This document shows, in pieces, positions 35,569-45,592 of a stretch of 64,000 nucleotides of DNA. A program made the position numbers and the translations under genes. The DNA is from a virus. The notes under the pieces are model-generated. The model was not told the origin of the DNA. It made no database searches and saw only the letters and a list, made by a program, of their open reading frames with translations. Position 1 is the stretch's first letter. Every line of letters begins with the position of its first letter. The stretch is from positions 64,599 through 128,598 of the IMG/VR virus record IMGVR_UViG_3300020442_000008. One strand, written 5' to 3'.

Positions 35569-35889
35569 ATGTCTTTTACATATTGTAAATCCTGTGGTCA
35601 TAAAAATATATATGCTGTAAATCCACCCAATTTTTGCGGAGGATGCGGGGCAAGTTTAGGCTCTGTTTCAAAAACTATGCCTATAAAAAAAGTTCGCCGA
35701 ACAAGGGTCAAACCTGAAGAGGTTGATTCGGAAGACGGCGAAGACATAAATGAAGTACCAAATATTGGCGATTTTAAATTCTCTGTATCCAACGATGGCT
35801 TGTATAAAGAAAAGATTAAGCTGGGTCAGATAGTTCCTAATATCGACACCATCGCCAAAGAACAGCTAGGCGATGAAGAAACCCAATGA
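35569..35889 (+). CDS. zinc-ribbon protein
   Basis: CKSCG...NFCGGCG. Confidence 0.7.
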   Translation: MSFTYCKSCGHKNIYAVNPPNFCGGCGASLGSVSKTMPIKKVRRTRVKPEEVDSEDGEDINEVPNIGDFKFSVSNDGLYKEKIKLGQIVPNIDTIAKEQLGDEETQ

Positions 35890-36652
35890 AGAGCAAGTTA
35901 AAAATTTTACTTTTGAAGAAAAATACGAAGAAATTTCAGTAGAAATTAAAAAAAGGCGGGGCAAATGGTTTCTTAATTCTTTGGCCTGGTTTGATTTTCA
36001 AGATGTAGAACAAATAATTTGCGCCCACATAAGTAAAAAGTGGCATCAGTGGGATCAATCCCGACCACTAGGGCCGTGGATTAATAAAATTATTACCAAT
36101 CAGATGAAGAACATCTTGCGTAATAATTACTCTAATTTTGTTAGACCATGCCTGAGTTGCCCATTTAATCAATCTAGGTCTAGTATAGATTCTGGAATAT
36201 CTAATGGCAGTTTATGCGGATTTACTAGTAGTGGATTACAGGATTCGGAATGCCCATTATACTCTAAGTGGGAGAAGACTAAAAAATCAGCATATGATAT
36301 CAAGATGGCTGTCACGATAGAGAACCATGCTGGAGAGGTTGCATGCATGTGTGATAAGCAAATAGATATTGATCGCGCCGCCGCAAAGCTAAACGAGCAA
36401 ATGAAAAAGGTTTTGCCCGAAAAACAGTATAAAGTATATAAAATGCTTTACGTAGATCATATGGATGAGGTAGAGGTGGCCAAAATTATGGGCTACAAGA
36501 CAAGCGAAAAGGGAAGAAAGGCAGGGTATAAGCAGTTGAAAAATTTAAAAAAGATTTTCAAAGAAAAGGCAGTAAATATATTAAAGAAAGGAGAGATTGT
36601 AGCGTATGAAACCGCAGCTAGAATTAACCAAGGATCAAAAGGAATTTCTTAG
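35873..36652 (+). CDS. phage sigma70-family-like sigma factor with Cys-rich insert
   Basis: region-2-like DFQDVEQ...WDQSRPLGPWINKIITNQMKNILR; region-4 HTH LPEKQYKVY...EVAKIMG. Confidence 0.7.
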   Translation: MKKPNEEQVKNFTFEEKYEEISVEIKKRRGKWFLNSLAWFDFQDVEQIICAHISKKWHQWDQSRPLGPWINKIITNQMKNILRNNYSNFVRPCLSCPFNQSRSSIDSGISNGSLCGFTSSGLQDSECPLYSKWEKTKKSAYDIKMAVTIENHAGEVACMCDKQIDIDRAAAKLNEQMKKVLPEKQYKVYKMLYVDHMDEVEVAKIMGYKTSEKGRKAGYKQLKNLKKIFKEKAVNILKKGEIVAYETAARINQGSKGIS

Positions 36653-37664
36653 AGAAAATATAGATAAGATTAATGATCTATCTGAGCTTACTCGTCGGGT
36701 TTTTAACCGAGACGATTTAGATGGTAGGTCTAGGGAGGGTAGGGCCGTTAGGGCTTACCTCGCTCAGCAGGAATTGGATTATTCCACAAGGCATATAGAC
36801 AAGAAAGAGGATATAGAGCTTAGTGAATCTCAGAAAGAGTTCTTAAGAAACAACGCTGCTCCTGGAGTCAGTAGTGTTGAGCTCGCAAAATTATGTTTTT
36901 CTGATAATAAAATAAAAAACTTAAGCAAGGAATTCTGGGCGGTTCATAACTTTATAACCGAAGAGGGTCTCGATGTTTTTGCTGAGGAGACAGGTTTAAA
37001 TGTGAAATACTCCCCACCCAAGGCTGATAGTAAGGTTTTGAAGAAAATAAACGACTTTGTTGGCACGGAGATTTCTGAGGAGAAAATGACAGTTCAGTAT
37101 AAAAGGTGCATAGAGTCCTTGAGAAAGTTTTTATGCGCCCCTAGGTTCTTGCAGGTTATTGAGACTTACACGTCCCTTGAAGATCGGGATTTGTTTGAGG
37201 CAGAATTCGTTCGGGCAACATGGGACAAACCAGACCTTTCTACTGACGAAATAAATTTATATATTAATGTATGCATGGATTACATTCAATTAAAAAGAAT
37301 TCAATCCGCAATGAATAAACTTAATCGAATGTTTGATGAGGCCGAAGATCAGCAAGATTTAACTGTTAGGCTCGCAGAGCTTTTGAAGACTAAAAGCGAA
37401 GAGTATAATCAGTGTGAAAAGAGAATGGAATCCTTGATTTCAAAACTGCAGGGTGATAGGTCAAAAAGGATACAAAATAATGTTGAAAAAAACGCCAGTA
37501 TATTAAATTTGGTTCAATTGTTTCAGGAAGAAGAGGAGAGATTAATTATGGTGAAGATGGCTGAAATGCAAAAGCAGAGTATAGCTGAAGAGGCCGAGCA
37601 ATTAGAGAAGATGCCAGAGTGGAAGGCTAGAGTCTTGGGCATTAAAAAAACCGATGTAATATGA
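36606..37664 (+). CDS. hypothetical protein with C-terminal coiled coil (possible small terminase)
   Basis: position upstream of TerL; function inferred from position only. Confidence 0.55.
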   Translation: MKPQLELTKDQKEFLRENIDKINDLSELTRRVFNRDDLDGRSREGRAVRAYLAQQELDYSTRHIDKKEDIELSESQKEFLRNNAAPGVSSVELAKLCFSDNKIKNLSKEFWAVHNFITEEGLDVFAEETGLNVKYSPPKADSKVLKKINDFVGTEISEEKMTVQYKRCIESLRKFLCAPRFLQVIETYTSLEDRDLFEAEFVRATWDKPDLSTDEINLYINVCMDYIQLKRIQSAMNKLNRMFDEAEDQQDLTVRLAELLKTKSEEYNQCEKRMESLISKLQGDRSKRIQNNVEKNASILNLVQLFQEEEERLIMVKMAEMQKQSIAEEAEQLEKMPEWKARVLGIKKTDVI

Positions 37665-38323
37665 GCTATGACAGGCAGATAATTAACCAAAAGTATATTT
37701 CAAATCAAGGAGCTCTAGTTTTATCTCCTGGCCTGAAAGAGTGCGCCATGAATTTTTATAGAAATCCTAGCGCCCCAATATTTAGAGTTTTATATACTAA
37801 TTGTACATTCGATGGAGCTAATACTTATTGGTCTGCTAAGTTTAACTTTGAATATTCTCAAAGTTTTGAGGGTTGCAAGTTTATTGGTGGGTCTAAGGGT
37901 ATTATTGATATTTGTAGGGGTGGAGATATTCAGTTTAAAAACTGCGATTTTGAAGGTAAGTCAAAAAATAGTCAAGTCTGTATTAGGGGTGGCGCAAAGA
38001 ATGTTGTGTTTGAGGATTGTAGTTTTCGGCGCTCAAGCGTAAGTCTTATTAGTCCAGTATTTACGTTTGGTGGTTGGTCTATTTTTGATTTTTTTGATCG
38101 GCCATTTTGCAGAAATATTAAGGTTGAAAATTGTAAATTTGTTAAAAGCCTTATTAAGGGTTTTACGATGTATTCAGAAAAAATAAATATAAAAAACTCA
38201 GGGGTTGGTTGGTTGGGGTTGCCCGTTTGGCTTGTTAACTTTTACTGGAAAATCAAACGCAGAATTTTAAAGCATAAAAATATTCCACCGTCCATAGCTG
38301 CTGTATACCCAGAAGAATTATGA
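37661..38323 (+). CDS. parallel beta-helix (pectin-lyase-like) repeat protein
   Basis: repeated motifs TNCTF, FEGCKF, FKNCDF, FEDCSF, VENCKF. Confidence 0.6.
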   Translation: MSYDRQIINQKYISNQGALVLSPGLKECAMNFYRNPSAPIFRVLYTNCTFDGANTYWSAKFNFEYSQSFEGCKFIGGSKGIIDICRGGDIQFKNCDFEGKSKNSQVCIRGGAKNVVFEDCSFRRSSVSLISPVFTFGGWSIFDFFDRPFCRNIKVENCKFVKSLIKGFTMYSEKINIKNSGVGWLGLPVWLVNFYWKIKRRILKHKNIPPSIAAVYPEEL

Positions 38324-39273
38324 TAACTTGTAAAGTTTGTGACAAAGAGTTTAAATCCGAGAGAGCCTTACATTGCCACCTGAAGGCTCACAATATGACC
38401 CTGGCCGAATATTATACTAAATTTTTTCCAAGAAAGAATAAGTTAACAGGAGACCCTATTCCTTTTAAGGATAAAGATACTTATTTTAATACAGACTTTA
38501 GTGATTACAGGCAGTTAAAAAAGTGGTGTGATACCGCTCCAGAAGAAGAGGTTAAGGAGTATATTATATCTTTATTAAAGAAGAGGGTTGATTTAAGATC
38601 TTTAACGAGGGCGCCTAGTCATTTGGAGCTTATAATAAATAAAATGCCTACGATTGATCATTATAAGAAACATTTTGGGTCTTACAGCGAAGCATCTAAG
38701 GCTATAGGCTTAAGGCCCTTATTTGAAAAAGCCTTACCTTTAGACTTTAATAATTGTGATGATTCGATGTTGAAAATATTTATAGATACTAGAGAGCAGA
38801 TGCCATTGACCTTTAATAACTCGGAGATTATGGCTTTAAATATAGGAGACTATACTGCCTCGGGAAGTTTTTATGATAGGACTTATGTAGATAGAAAAAG
38901 CACTAATGATTTTATAGGAACTTTAAGTCTTGGAAATATAGATCGATTTAAAAGAGAAATGGAACGGGTGAGAAATGCAGACTCTTATATGTTTGTTGTT
39001 GTGGAGTCTAATTTAAGAGATTTAGAATCTTACATGCGGGCCGCAAAGAGTAAAAAATTCGGTCCGCATAAGACTAATTTAAAATTCATATACCACAATA
39101 TGCGAGAAGTTATGCATGAGTTTGAAGACTGCTGTCAGTTTGTTTTTGCGGATAACAGAAAAGGTTTAGAAATTATCATTCCAAAGATATTATTTTTTGG
39201 TAGGATTATATGGGGAGTGGACTTACAATATTATATAGACAAAAATGAGCTGGACATCGGGAGAACAAAATAG
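38320..39273 (+). CDS. C2H2 zinc finger plus ERCC4-type nuclease
   Basis: CKVC...HCHLKAH; IFIDTREQ, GDY, VDRKSTNDF. Confidence 0.75.
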   Translation: MITCKVCDKEFKSERALHCHLKAHNMTLAEYYTKFFPRKNKLTGDPIPFKDKDTYFNTDFSDYRQLKKWCDTAPEEEVKEYIISLLKKRVDLRSLTRAPSHLELIINKMPTIDHYKKHFGSYSEASKAIGLRPLFEKALPLDFNNCDDSMLKIFIDTREQMPLTFNNSEIMALNIGDYTASGSFYDRTYVDRKSTNDFIGTLSLGNIDRFKREMERVRNADSYMFVVVESNLRDLESYMRAAKSKKFGPHKTNLKFIYHNMREVMHEFEDCCQFVFADNRKGLEIIIPKILFFGRIIWGVDLQYYIDKNELDIGRTK

Positions 39274-41113
39274 AGAGATTAATAATTCTATTAATCAAGA
39301 GCTTCTTGCAAAAGAGGGTTTTCTTGAGGAAAGGGAGGCGAAGATTTTGTTGTATAAATTTCTGAGAGAAAATACAACATTTACTACAGAGCTTATCTCT
39401 GGCATTAAATTATTTCCTTTTCAGCACATGGCTATTAAGGCTATGTTTGAGACTGATTATTTTATGGGAGTTTGGAGTCGTGGTATGTCTAAGTCTTTTA
39501 CTACAGGTATATATGCTTTCTTGGATGCTATATTAAACCAGGGTGTTGAAATTGGTATACTCTCCAAGTCTTTTCGTCAGGCGAAAATGATCTTTAAAAA
39601 GATAGAGGATATCGCCGCTAAACCTGAGGCTTCTTTTTTGTCGCAATGTATAACTAGAAAATCTAAAAGCAATGACGAATGGCTTATGGAAATCGGATCT
39701 TCAAGAATTCGCGCGCTACCTTTGGGCGATGGTGAGAAACTTCGTGGTTTCAGGTTTCATAGAATTATCATCGATGAGTTTTTATTGATGCCAGAGAGAA
39801 TTTATAATGAGGTTATTGTACCCTTCCTTTCTGTTGTAGAGAACCCAACCCAAAGACAAGAACTTTATGATCTTGAAAGCAAATTAATTGAAGAGGGTAA
39901 GATGGAAGAAAAGGATAGATATAGGTGGCCAAACAATAAATTAATAATGCTATCTTCGGCTAGTTATAAATTTGAATATATGTATAAGTTGTATTGTCAG
40001 TTTGAGGATTTGATTCAGGACCCTTCTCAGGACAAGAACGACGCGCACCGCACGATCATGCAATTTAGTTATGACTGTGCCCCTCAGCAGCTTTACGATC
40101 AGAACCTAATCGATCAAGCAAAAGCAACCATGAGCCATAGTCAGTTTGAGCGAGAGTTTGGCGCAGTTTTTACTGACGATAGTAGTGGTTATTTTAAAAC
40201 ATCTCGTATGGCGGGATGCACTGTTGACGAAGGTTCTAATCCGTGTGTAGAGGTTAAGGGTGAGGCGGGCGCAAAATACATATTATCCTTTGACCCAAGT
40301 TGGGCAGAGTCTGAAAGTTCGGATGATTTTGCTATGACGGTTTTTAAATTAAACCCAGAAACAAAAATGGGGACAATGGTTCACGGTTATGCTTTAAGTG
40401 GTACAAATTTAAAACAACATATTGAATATTTTGATTATATACTTAAAAATTTTAATATAATATTTATTGTGGGCGACTATAACGGCGGAGTTCAATTTAT
40501 TAACGCCGTAAATGAAAGTTCTATATTTAAAAAGCAGAATAAGAAAATCGGAGTAATATCTTCGTCTCTTGATAAGCCAGAAGAGTATCATGGCGACTTG
40601 ATTGAATTAAAAAAACAATACGATCTTGATTCTAATAAAATATGTTATCTGAGAAAGCCTTCTTCGTCATGGATTCGGGTGGCTAACGAATTGCTTCAAG
40701 CTAACTTTGATCACAAAAGGATTTGGTTTGGATGTAGGGCAACCGACGATCAGTATCACGAGCAAGTTAGAAAAAAGATTCCTATTTCAAAAATTAAATT
40801 CTTAAGGACAGCGGATTCCGAAGACAAGCAAAGTGACAGAGCTAAAATGATTGACTTTGTAGAACATCAATATGATATGATTGAGCTAACCAAGTCTCAG
40901 TGTGCTTTAATACAAATAAAAACATCTCCCCAGGGTACTCAAACTTTTGATTTACCTGACAATTTGAGAAGACAGACTGGTCCAGATAAGGCAAGAAAAG
41001 ATAGTTATTCTTCACTTGTACTTGGTAATTGGATGATTAAAATATATAATGATATGAACGATCTAAAAATAGACAATATTCAATCTACATTTACTCCAAT
41101 GTTTATCGGTTAA
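39245..41113 (+). CDS. terL: terminase large subunit
   Basis: LFPFQ, SRGMSKS Walker A, LRGFRFHRIIIDE Walker B, LSSA, ILSFDP nuclease, RKDSYSS. Confidence 0.9.
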   Translation: MSWTSGEQNREINNSINQELLAKEGFLEEREAKILLYKFLRENTTFTTELISGIKLFPFQHMAIKAMFETDYFMGVWSRGMSKSFTTGIYAFLDAILNQGVEIGILSKSFRQAKMIFKKIEDIAAKPEASFLSQCITRKSKSNDEWLMEIGSSRIRALPLGDGEKLRGFRFHRIIIDEFLLMPERIYNEVIVPFLSVVENPTQRQELYDLESKLIEEGKMEEKDRYRWPNNKLIMLSSASYKFEYMYKLYCQFEDLIQDPSQDKNDAHRTIMQFSYDCAPQQLYDQNLIDQAKATMSHSQFEREFGAVFTDDSSGYFKTSRMAGCTVDEGSNPCVEVKGEAGAKYILSFDPSWAESESSDDFAMTVFKLNPETKMGTMVHGYALSGTNLKQHIEYFDYILKNFNIIFIVGDYNGGVQFINAVNESSIFKKQNKKIGVISSSLDKPEEYHGDLIELKKQYDLDSNKICYLRKPSSSWIRVANELLQANFDHKRIWFGCRATDDQYHEQVRKKIPISKIKFLRTADSEDKQSDRAKMIDFVEHQYDMIELTKSQCALIQIKTSPQGTQTFDLPDNLRRQTGPDKARKDSYSSLVLGNWMIKIYNDMNDLKIDNIQSTFTPMFIG

Positions 41114-41148
41114 TATCTATTTTAAATAAATAAAGTGTATCAAAAAAT

Positions 41149-42714
41149 GTGAAAAAGTATAAATATTCTACTAAATTTAATTTTGAAGTTTCCGCTGCAT
41201 CTCTAGATGAATATCAAAATGTATCGGAAGCTTCCTTAAAATCCTTAAGGGACTTGATACCTGATGATGTTGACCTCGAGAGAAATATTGATATTACTGC
41301 CGTGGCTTTTAATGCCGCAGTGGTTAATAAGTTTAATAAAAACGGAGATGGAATAGATAGCAAGTCCGCAATAGAGATAAAAGATTTATTTATACATAAG
41401 CCCTGTAATATAGAGCACCAAAAAGATAACGTTGTTGGTCATATCATTTCTGCAGGGTTTTCCGAATATAAGTCAGATAATCAGTTTATGGATCCTGACC
41501 CCGAGTCTTCTGAGCCTTTTAATATTTGCCTAGGTGCTATTGTTTATAAAACTGTACAGCCGGAATTTGCAGAACAAATAATTGACTCAGTTGATGAAGC
41601 TAGCGAGAATTACCAATCTGTATCCGCAAGCTGGGAAATTGGTTTTAATGAATATGCTGTTGTCGTGGGGTCTGGCCCGTTTGATCAACGAAAGGTTATT
41701 AGGGATAAAGATGAAATTGAATCTTTGAGTTCTAATTTAAAATCTTTCGGAGGAAAGGGTGTGACTGAAGATGGCGAAGAAATTAATAGACTTATTGAGG
41801 GTGAAATTTTTCCACTTGGCATAGGGTTTACAAATAATCCTGCAGCAGACGTCAAGGGTGTCGTAATGAAAGAAGATGATGATGAAATTGAAAATGTTGA
41901 TAACTCGAGCGTTACGAAAAAAACCGACGATCAAGAAAAAAGTTCTCATTTAAATGACAGCGCTGTAATACAAGAGGAACAAAACTTTTTTTCAAAAACT
42001 ATGGAAAAGCAAGAACTACTAAAAGATATTGAACAGCTCCTTTCTGAAAAGGCGGCTGCAAAAGACTTTTCGGATGAAGCTATCGCTAACATTACTAAGG
42101 TCTTTCACGATGCTATTCGTGAAAAGAGCGAGGAGTATGTTGAGCAGATTGAAAAAGCGAAAGCTGAGCAAGCCGAAGCGCAAACTCAAAAAGATGAGCT
42201 AGCAAAAACCTTATCGGAACTTCAAAGCAAGCTTGAAGAAACCGAGCAAAAACTTGAGTCCCTTGAGGTTGAAAAATCTGAAAGAGAATCTCAGGCAAGA
42301 TTTGATTCAAGAATGAGCTTGATTGAAGAATCTTATACTTTGGAAGACGAGGACAGAAAAATTATCGCTGCCGAACTTTCTGAGATTGATGATTCTGAAG
42401 AGGCGTTTGCTTCGTATCAGGAAAAGCTTTCTGTAGTATTCAAATCCAAGAGCAATGAGTATATTAAAAAGCTCGCAGAAGAGATGGAAGCTAAGATTCA
42501 AGAAGAAGTCGCTAAAAGATTAAATTCTGAAACATCAGAAGCAACTGAAGTGACTGCTGAAGAAGGCTCAAAAGTTATTGAAGAATCTTTAGAAAAAGCC
42601 GAAGCAACAGAAGAGGTTATTCCTAATAATAATGGCGCAACCTCCGAGACCGAAGAATCATTGAGAGATCGGTTTGCTCAAGCATTTAAAGATTCTGTGA
42701 AAGTTACATACTAA
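41149..42714 (+). CDS. prohead protease fused to scaffold
   Basis: NKNGD, NIEH, VVGHI, SASWE, GIGFTNNPAA, then a long acidic coiled coil. Confidence 0.8.
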   Translation: MKKYKYSTKFNFEVSAASLDEYQNVSEASLKSLRDLIPDDVDLERNIDITAVAFNAAVVNKFNKNGDGIDSKSAIEIKDLFIHKPCNIEHQKDNVVGHIISAGFSEYKSDNQFMDPDPESSEPFNICLGAIVYKTVQPEFAEQIIDSVDEASENYQSVSASWEIGFNEYAVVVGSGPFDQRKVIRDKDEIESLSSNLKSFGGKGVTEDGEEINRLIEGEIFPLGIGFTNNPAADVKGVVMKEDDDEIENVDNSSVTKKTDDQEKSSHLNDSAVIQEEQNFFSKTMEKQELLKDIEQLLSEKAAAKDFSDEAIANITKVFHDAIREKSEEYVEQIEKAKAEQAEAQTQKDELAKTLSELQSKLEETEQKLESLEVEKSERESQARFDSRMSLIEESYTLEDEDRKIIAAELSEIDDSEEAFASYQEKLSVVFKSKSNEYIKKLAEEMEAKIQEEVAKRLNSETSEATEVTAEEGSKVIEESLEKAEATEEVIPNNNGATSETEESLRDRFAQAFKDSVKVTY

Positions 42715-42734
42715 ATTTTAAGGAAAAATAAAAA

Positions 42735-43370
42735 ATGGCTACTAGATTAGAACCATACAGAGACTACAGTGAACACGAGGTGGTAAACCTCTTTTCGCTA
42801 GCCGTTGCTGACGACCAAGACTTACGTCTTTGGGGTCCTGGCGACGCACTCTCGGGCGATCAGGATGCGGGCGTTATTGTTACAGCAGATGCTGCTGCTG
42901 CAGAATTGCCCGGGGATATTCCTGGTTTTTCCGATAAAGATGCAGGAGGCGCAACAACTGCCCTAAGAAAATTTCTTGGTGCAAGCGGGCAACCTCATGT
43001 AGGATATAATGCTTACCCAGTTGTGGGATTGAATGTGAAAGCCGCTACAAATGGTGGCGATGCACCTTTAGGCATTACTTTAAAGCAAACTCTCGCTTAC
43101 GATGAGAATGACGAGAACCTTCTTCGTTATCCTCTTAAGAAAGATGAGCTTCAAGCTGTTCTTCCTGGACAAGCAGTACCAATTTTGACAAGAGGTCTTG
43201 TACTTCTTAATGGTCTTGCTTTCGAGAACGGAGCAACTCCAGCAGTTGGAGAAGGTCTTGACCTTTCTGCAACTGATGATGGTAAATTCGCCGCTGGCGG
43301 AGCAGGATCGCTTGGAAAAATCATCGCATCTGGTGCAGGTGGGAAGTTTCTTTGCAAAATTTCTTTCTAA
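42735..43370 (+). CDS. capsid decoration/cement-like protein
   Basis: G/A-rich; lies between scaffold and capsid genes; AAGGA SD. Confidence 0.65.
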   Translation: MATRLEPYRDYSEHEVVNLFSLAVADDQDLRLWGPGDALSGDQDAGVIVTADAAAAELPGDIPGFSDKDAGGATTALRKFLGASGQPHVGYNAYPVVGLNVKAATNGGDAPLGITLKQTLAYDENDENLLRYPLKKDELQAVLPGQAVPILTRGLVLLNGLAFENGATPAVGEGLDLSATDDGKFAAGGAGSLGKIIASGAGGKFLCKISF

Positions 43371-43388
43371 CATTAGGAGATAAACGAC

Positions 43389-44525
43389 ATGGAAATTAAA
43401 ATCGAAAGAACCGCAGAGCAGGTCGAGCTTGTAAAAGCTATGGCCTCTAAGAATCGCGAGGTTGCATACGAAGCCCAGGCTGCACTCGGAGACTTTATTG
43501 GTCCCGTTTTGGCTGAGGTTATTGCTCAAGCTCCTACTCTTAGTAATCTTTTTACTTCGCTTCAGTTTAACTCTGAAGATAACGCAAGTATCCCGTTAGA
43601 TCTATATCACGATATTACAGACGAAGACTACATTCAGATCTGGTCGCAAAACGCCCCTGGTGGTTTGCCAACCAATCACGTAGCACCCGTACAACAAGAA
43701 ATGAAGTTTACAACTTACCGTTTGGACAGTGCGCTCTCTTTTGACAAGAGATTCGCTGCTCGTTCCAGAATGGACGTTGTAAGCAAGACTTTCACTCGTA
43801 TGGCTCAAGAAATCCTGTTGAAGCAAGATAAAACATCTGCTTCCATGATCTTGACTGCTCTTGGTAATGCTAGTTTCACCGATAACGCTGGAGCAACTCA
43901 GTTCCACGTTCAAGACGCTGTAACTCCTGGCAGATTTCTGCTCGCAGACTTGAATAAGCTCTTTACTCTTTGTAAGAGACTTAACACTTCCTGGGCTGGA
44001 GGAACTCCTGCAGACCGTCGTGGTCGTGGAGTAACTGACTTGATTGTCTCGCCTGAAATCGTAGAAGAAATTCGCGGAATGGCTTATAACCCAATCAATA
44101 CTGTAAGTAACCGTAAGGTTAGTGATGGTGCTGGTGGGACTGTTGATGGCGGTGGAGACATTGCTGGAACAGAAGCTCTTCGTGAACGCGTATTCAACAG
44201 TGCTGGAATCCCTGAATTCTATGGAGTTTCCATTATGGAAATTAACGAAATGGGTAAAGACCAGAAATGGAATAACCTTTTCGGTCAAGTTAAGGATGCA
44301 GGAATCAGCTTTAACCCATCAACTCAAGAAGTTATTGTTGGTGTTGATTTGTCCCGCGAATCAATGCTTCGCGCAGTAGCTACAGACGCCGAAAGCGGCT
44401 CTGAGTTTGACTTGGTTGTTGACGATCAATTCGTATCCAGATCTCAAAAGGTTGGGTACTACGGATCTCTTGAAGAAGGCCGCATGCTTCTCGACGACAG
44501 AGTTCTGACAGGTATTATTGTTTAA
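43389..44525 (+). CDS. major capsid protein (HK97-type, inferred)
   Basis: 378 aa, AGGAG SD, synteny after protease and decoration genes, followed by a terminator. Confidence 0.8.
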   Translation: MEIKIERTAEQVELVKAMASKNREVAYEAQAALGDFIGPVLAEVIAQAPTLSNLFTSLQFNSEDNASIPLDLYHDITDEDYIQIWSQNAPGGLPTNHVAPVQQEMKFTTYRLDSALSFDKRFAARSRMDVVSKTFTRMAQEILLKQDKTSASMILTALGNASFTDNAGATQFHVQDAVTPGRFLLADLNKLFTLCKRLNTSWAGGTPADRRGRGVTDLIVSPEIVEEIRGMAYNPINTVSNRKVSDGAGGTVDGGGDIAGTEALRERVFNSAGIPEFYGVSIMEINEMGKDQKWNNLFGQVKDAGISFNPSTQEVIVGVDLSRESMLRAVATDAESGSEFDLVVDDQFVSRSQKVGYYGSLEEGRMLLDDRVLTGIIV

Positions 44526-44546
44526 GAGTAAATACTTCTTAAGTTT

Positions 44547-44579
44547 AAAAAAATCCACCTTTTTAGGTGGATTTTTTTT
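44547..44579 (+). terminator. intrinsic terminator
   Basis: AAAAAATCCACCT-TTTT-AGGTGGATTTTTTTT. Confidence 0.85.
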
Positions 44580-44629
44580 GTGTTCACGAAGAATATATAT
44601 TTGTGTACATTTTATAGGAAAAAGGACTT

Positions 44630-45067
44630 ATGAGTAATACAAGAAAAAACAAAAAGAGTAGTTCTTCTAGGGCCAAGGCAAGCAAAAGCTCGACACCTAA
44701 AAGAAAGAAAACATCACTAGAAAACCTTCAACAAACAAACGGAAAGCTTTATGAACCAACTGTTGATCAGGTTAGAAAGTTGGAAGAAATTTTAGAAGTT
44801 AAGAAAACAAACCCGTTTGGGACAACTGATTTAAGAATATTCGAAGAAAACGTAGCGTCAATGAATTTGACCGATCTTCAAGAAGTTGCAGTAAGGGCTG
44901 GAGTTTTTCCAAATGGTAATAAAACTGTTTTAAAAAATAAATTAATTAAAGCTTTTAAGTCAGAGGGTTTTGGAATAAATAAAAGTGTTGTTGAGTCAGA
45001 TAAGCAAATTGTACTTGACCCTAAAAACAAAGCCCATAAAGAAATTATTGATTATTTAAATAGCTAA
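44630..45067 (+). CDS. hypothetical protein with basic N-terminus
   Basis: AAGGA SD; GTGTA at 44603. Confidence 0.7.
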   Translation: MSNTRKNKKSSSSRAKASKSSTPKRKKTSLENLQQTNGKLYEPTVDQVRKLEEILEVKKTNPFGTTDLRIFEENVASMNLTDLQEVAVRAGVFPNGNKTVLKNKLIKAFKSEGFGINKSVVESDKQIVLDPKNKAHKEIIDYLNS

Positions 45068-45068
45068 A

Positions 45069-45569
45069 ATGACTGCGCTATCTTCAATTGCAGAATCTAT
45101 ATTTGACGAAGAGTTCTACTGGAAGGAAGAACTAAAAGATACTCGCTACTCTTCTGGCGAAGAGGAGAGGGAGAAGGAGATAGTGATTATAACTGACTGG
45201 CTTGAGGCTCACTTGGGCGAGCTTAACTTAATGATTAATACTGATTTTGCTGCAGAAAACGGAGTTGTCCCTGACTTAAAAAATGAGGAGTCTGCAATTC
45301 TTAGAGAAATGTATATGATGAATTACTATCGCAAGCAAGGGAGAAATCTCTTGAGGACAATCGATGGATCTGCTGCAAGTTTAAACTTTAAAACTATTCG
45401 AGAAGGAGATTCCGTTATTACTGCGGCATCTATAGGAGAGAAACAAAGCGTTGCTAGAAGTTATCGAATGTTAATGGAGGACGCTAGGGAGAAAATAGAG
45501 AAGTTAGTTCATTCTTACAATATGTATCAGTCTAAGCCTAATCAGGTGTCAGGTAATGATGCAAATTAA
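45069..45569 (+). CDS. putative head-tail adaptor
   Basis: size and position after the capsid gene; TIREGDSVI. Confidence 0.5.
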   Translation: MTALSSIAESIFDEEFYWKEELKDTRYSSGEEEREKEIVIITDWLEAHLGELNLMINTDFAAENGVVPDLKNEESAILREMYMMNYYRKQGRNLLRTIDGSAASLNFKTIREGDSVITAASIGEKQSVARSYRMLMEDAREKIEKLVHSYNMYQSKPNQVSGNDAN

Positions 45570-45592
45570 TTTTTTTTAGTGTAATATATCTT

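Noticed and set aside
43602-44288. 228-aa antisense ORF inside the capsid gene (likewise 5467-5985, 43080-43529, 47551-48003, 59640-60143 and other nested ORFs)
   Set aside because: Shadow frames of well-supported genes, with no motifs or expression signals.
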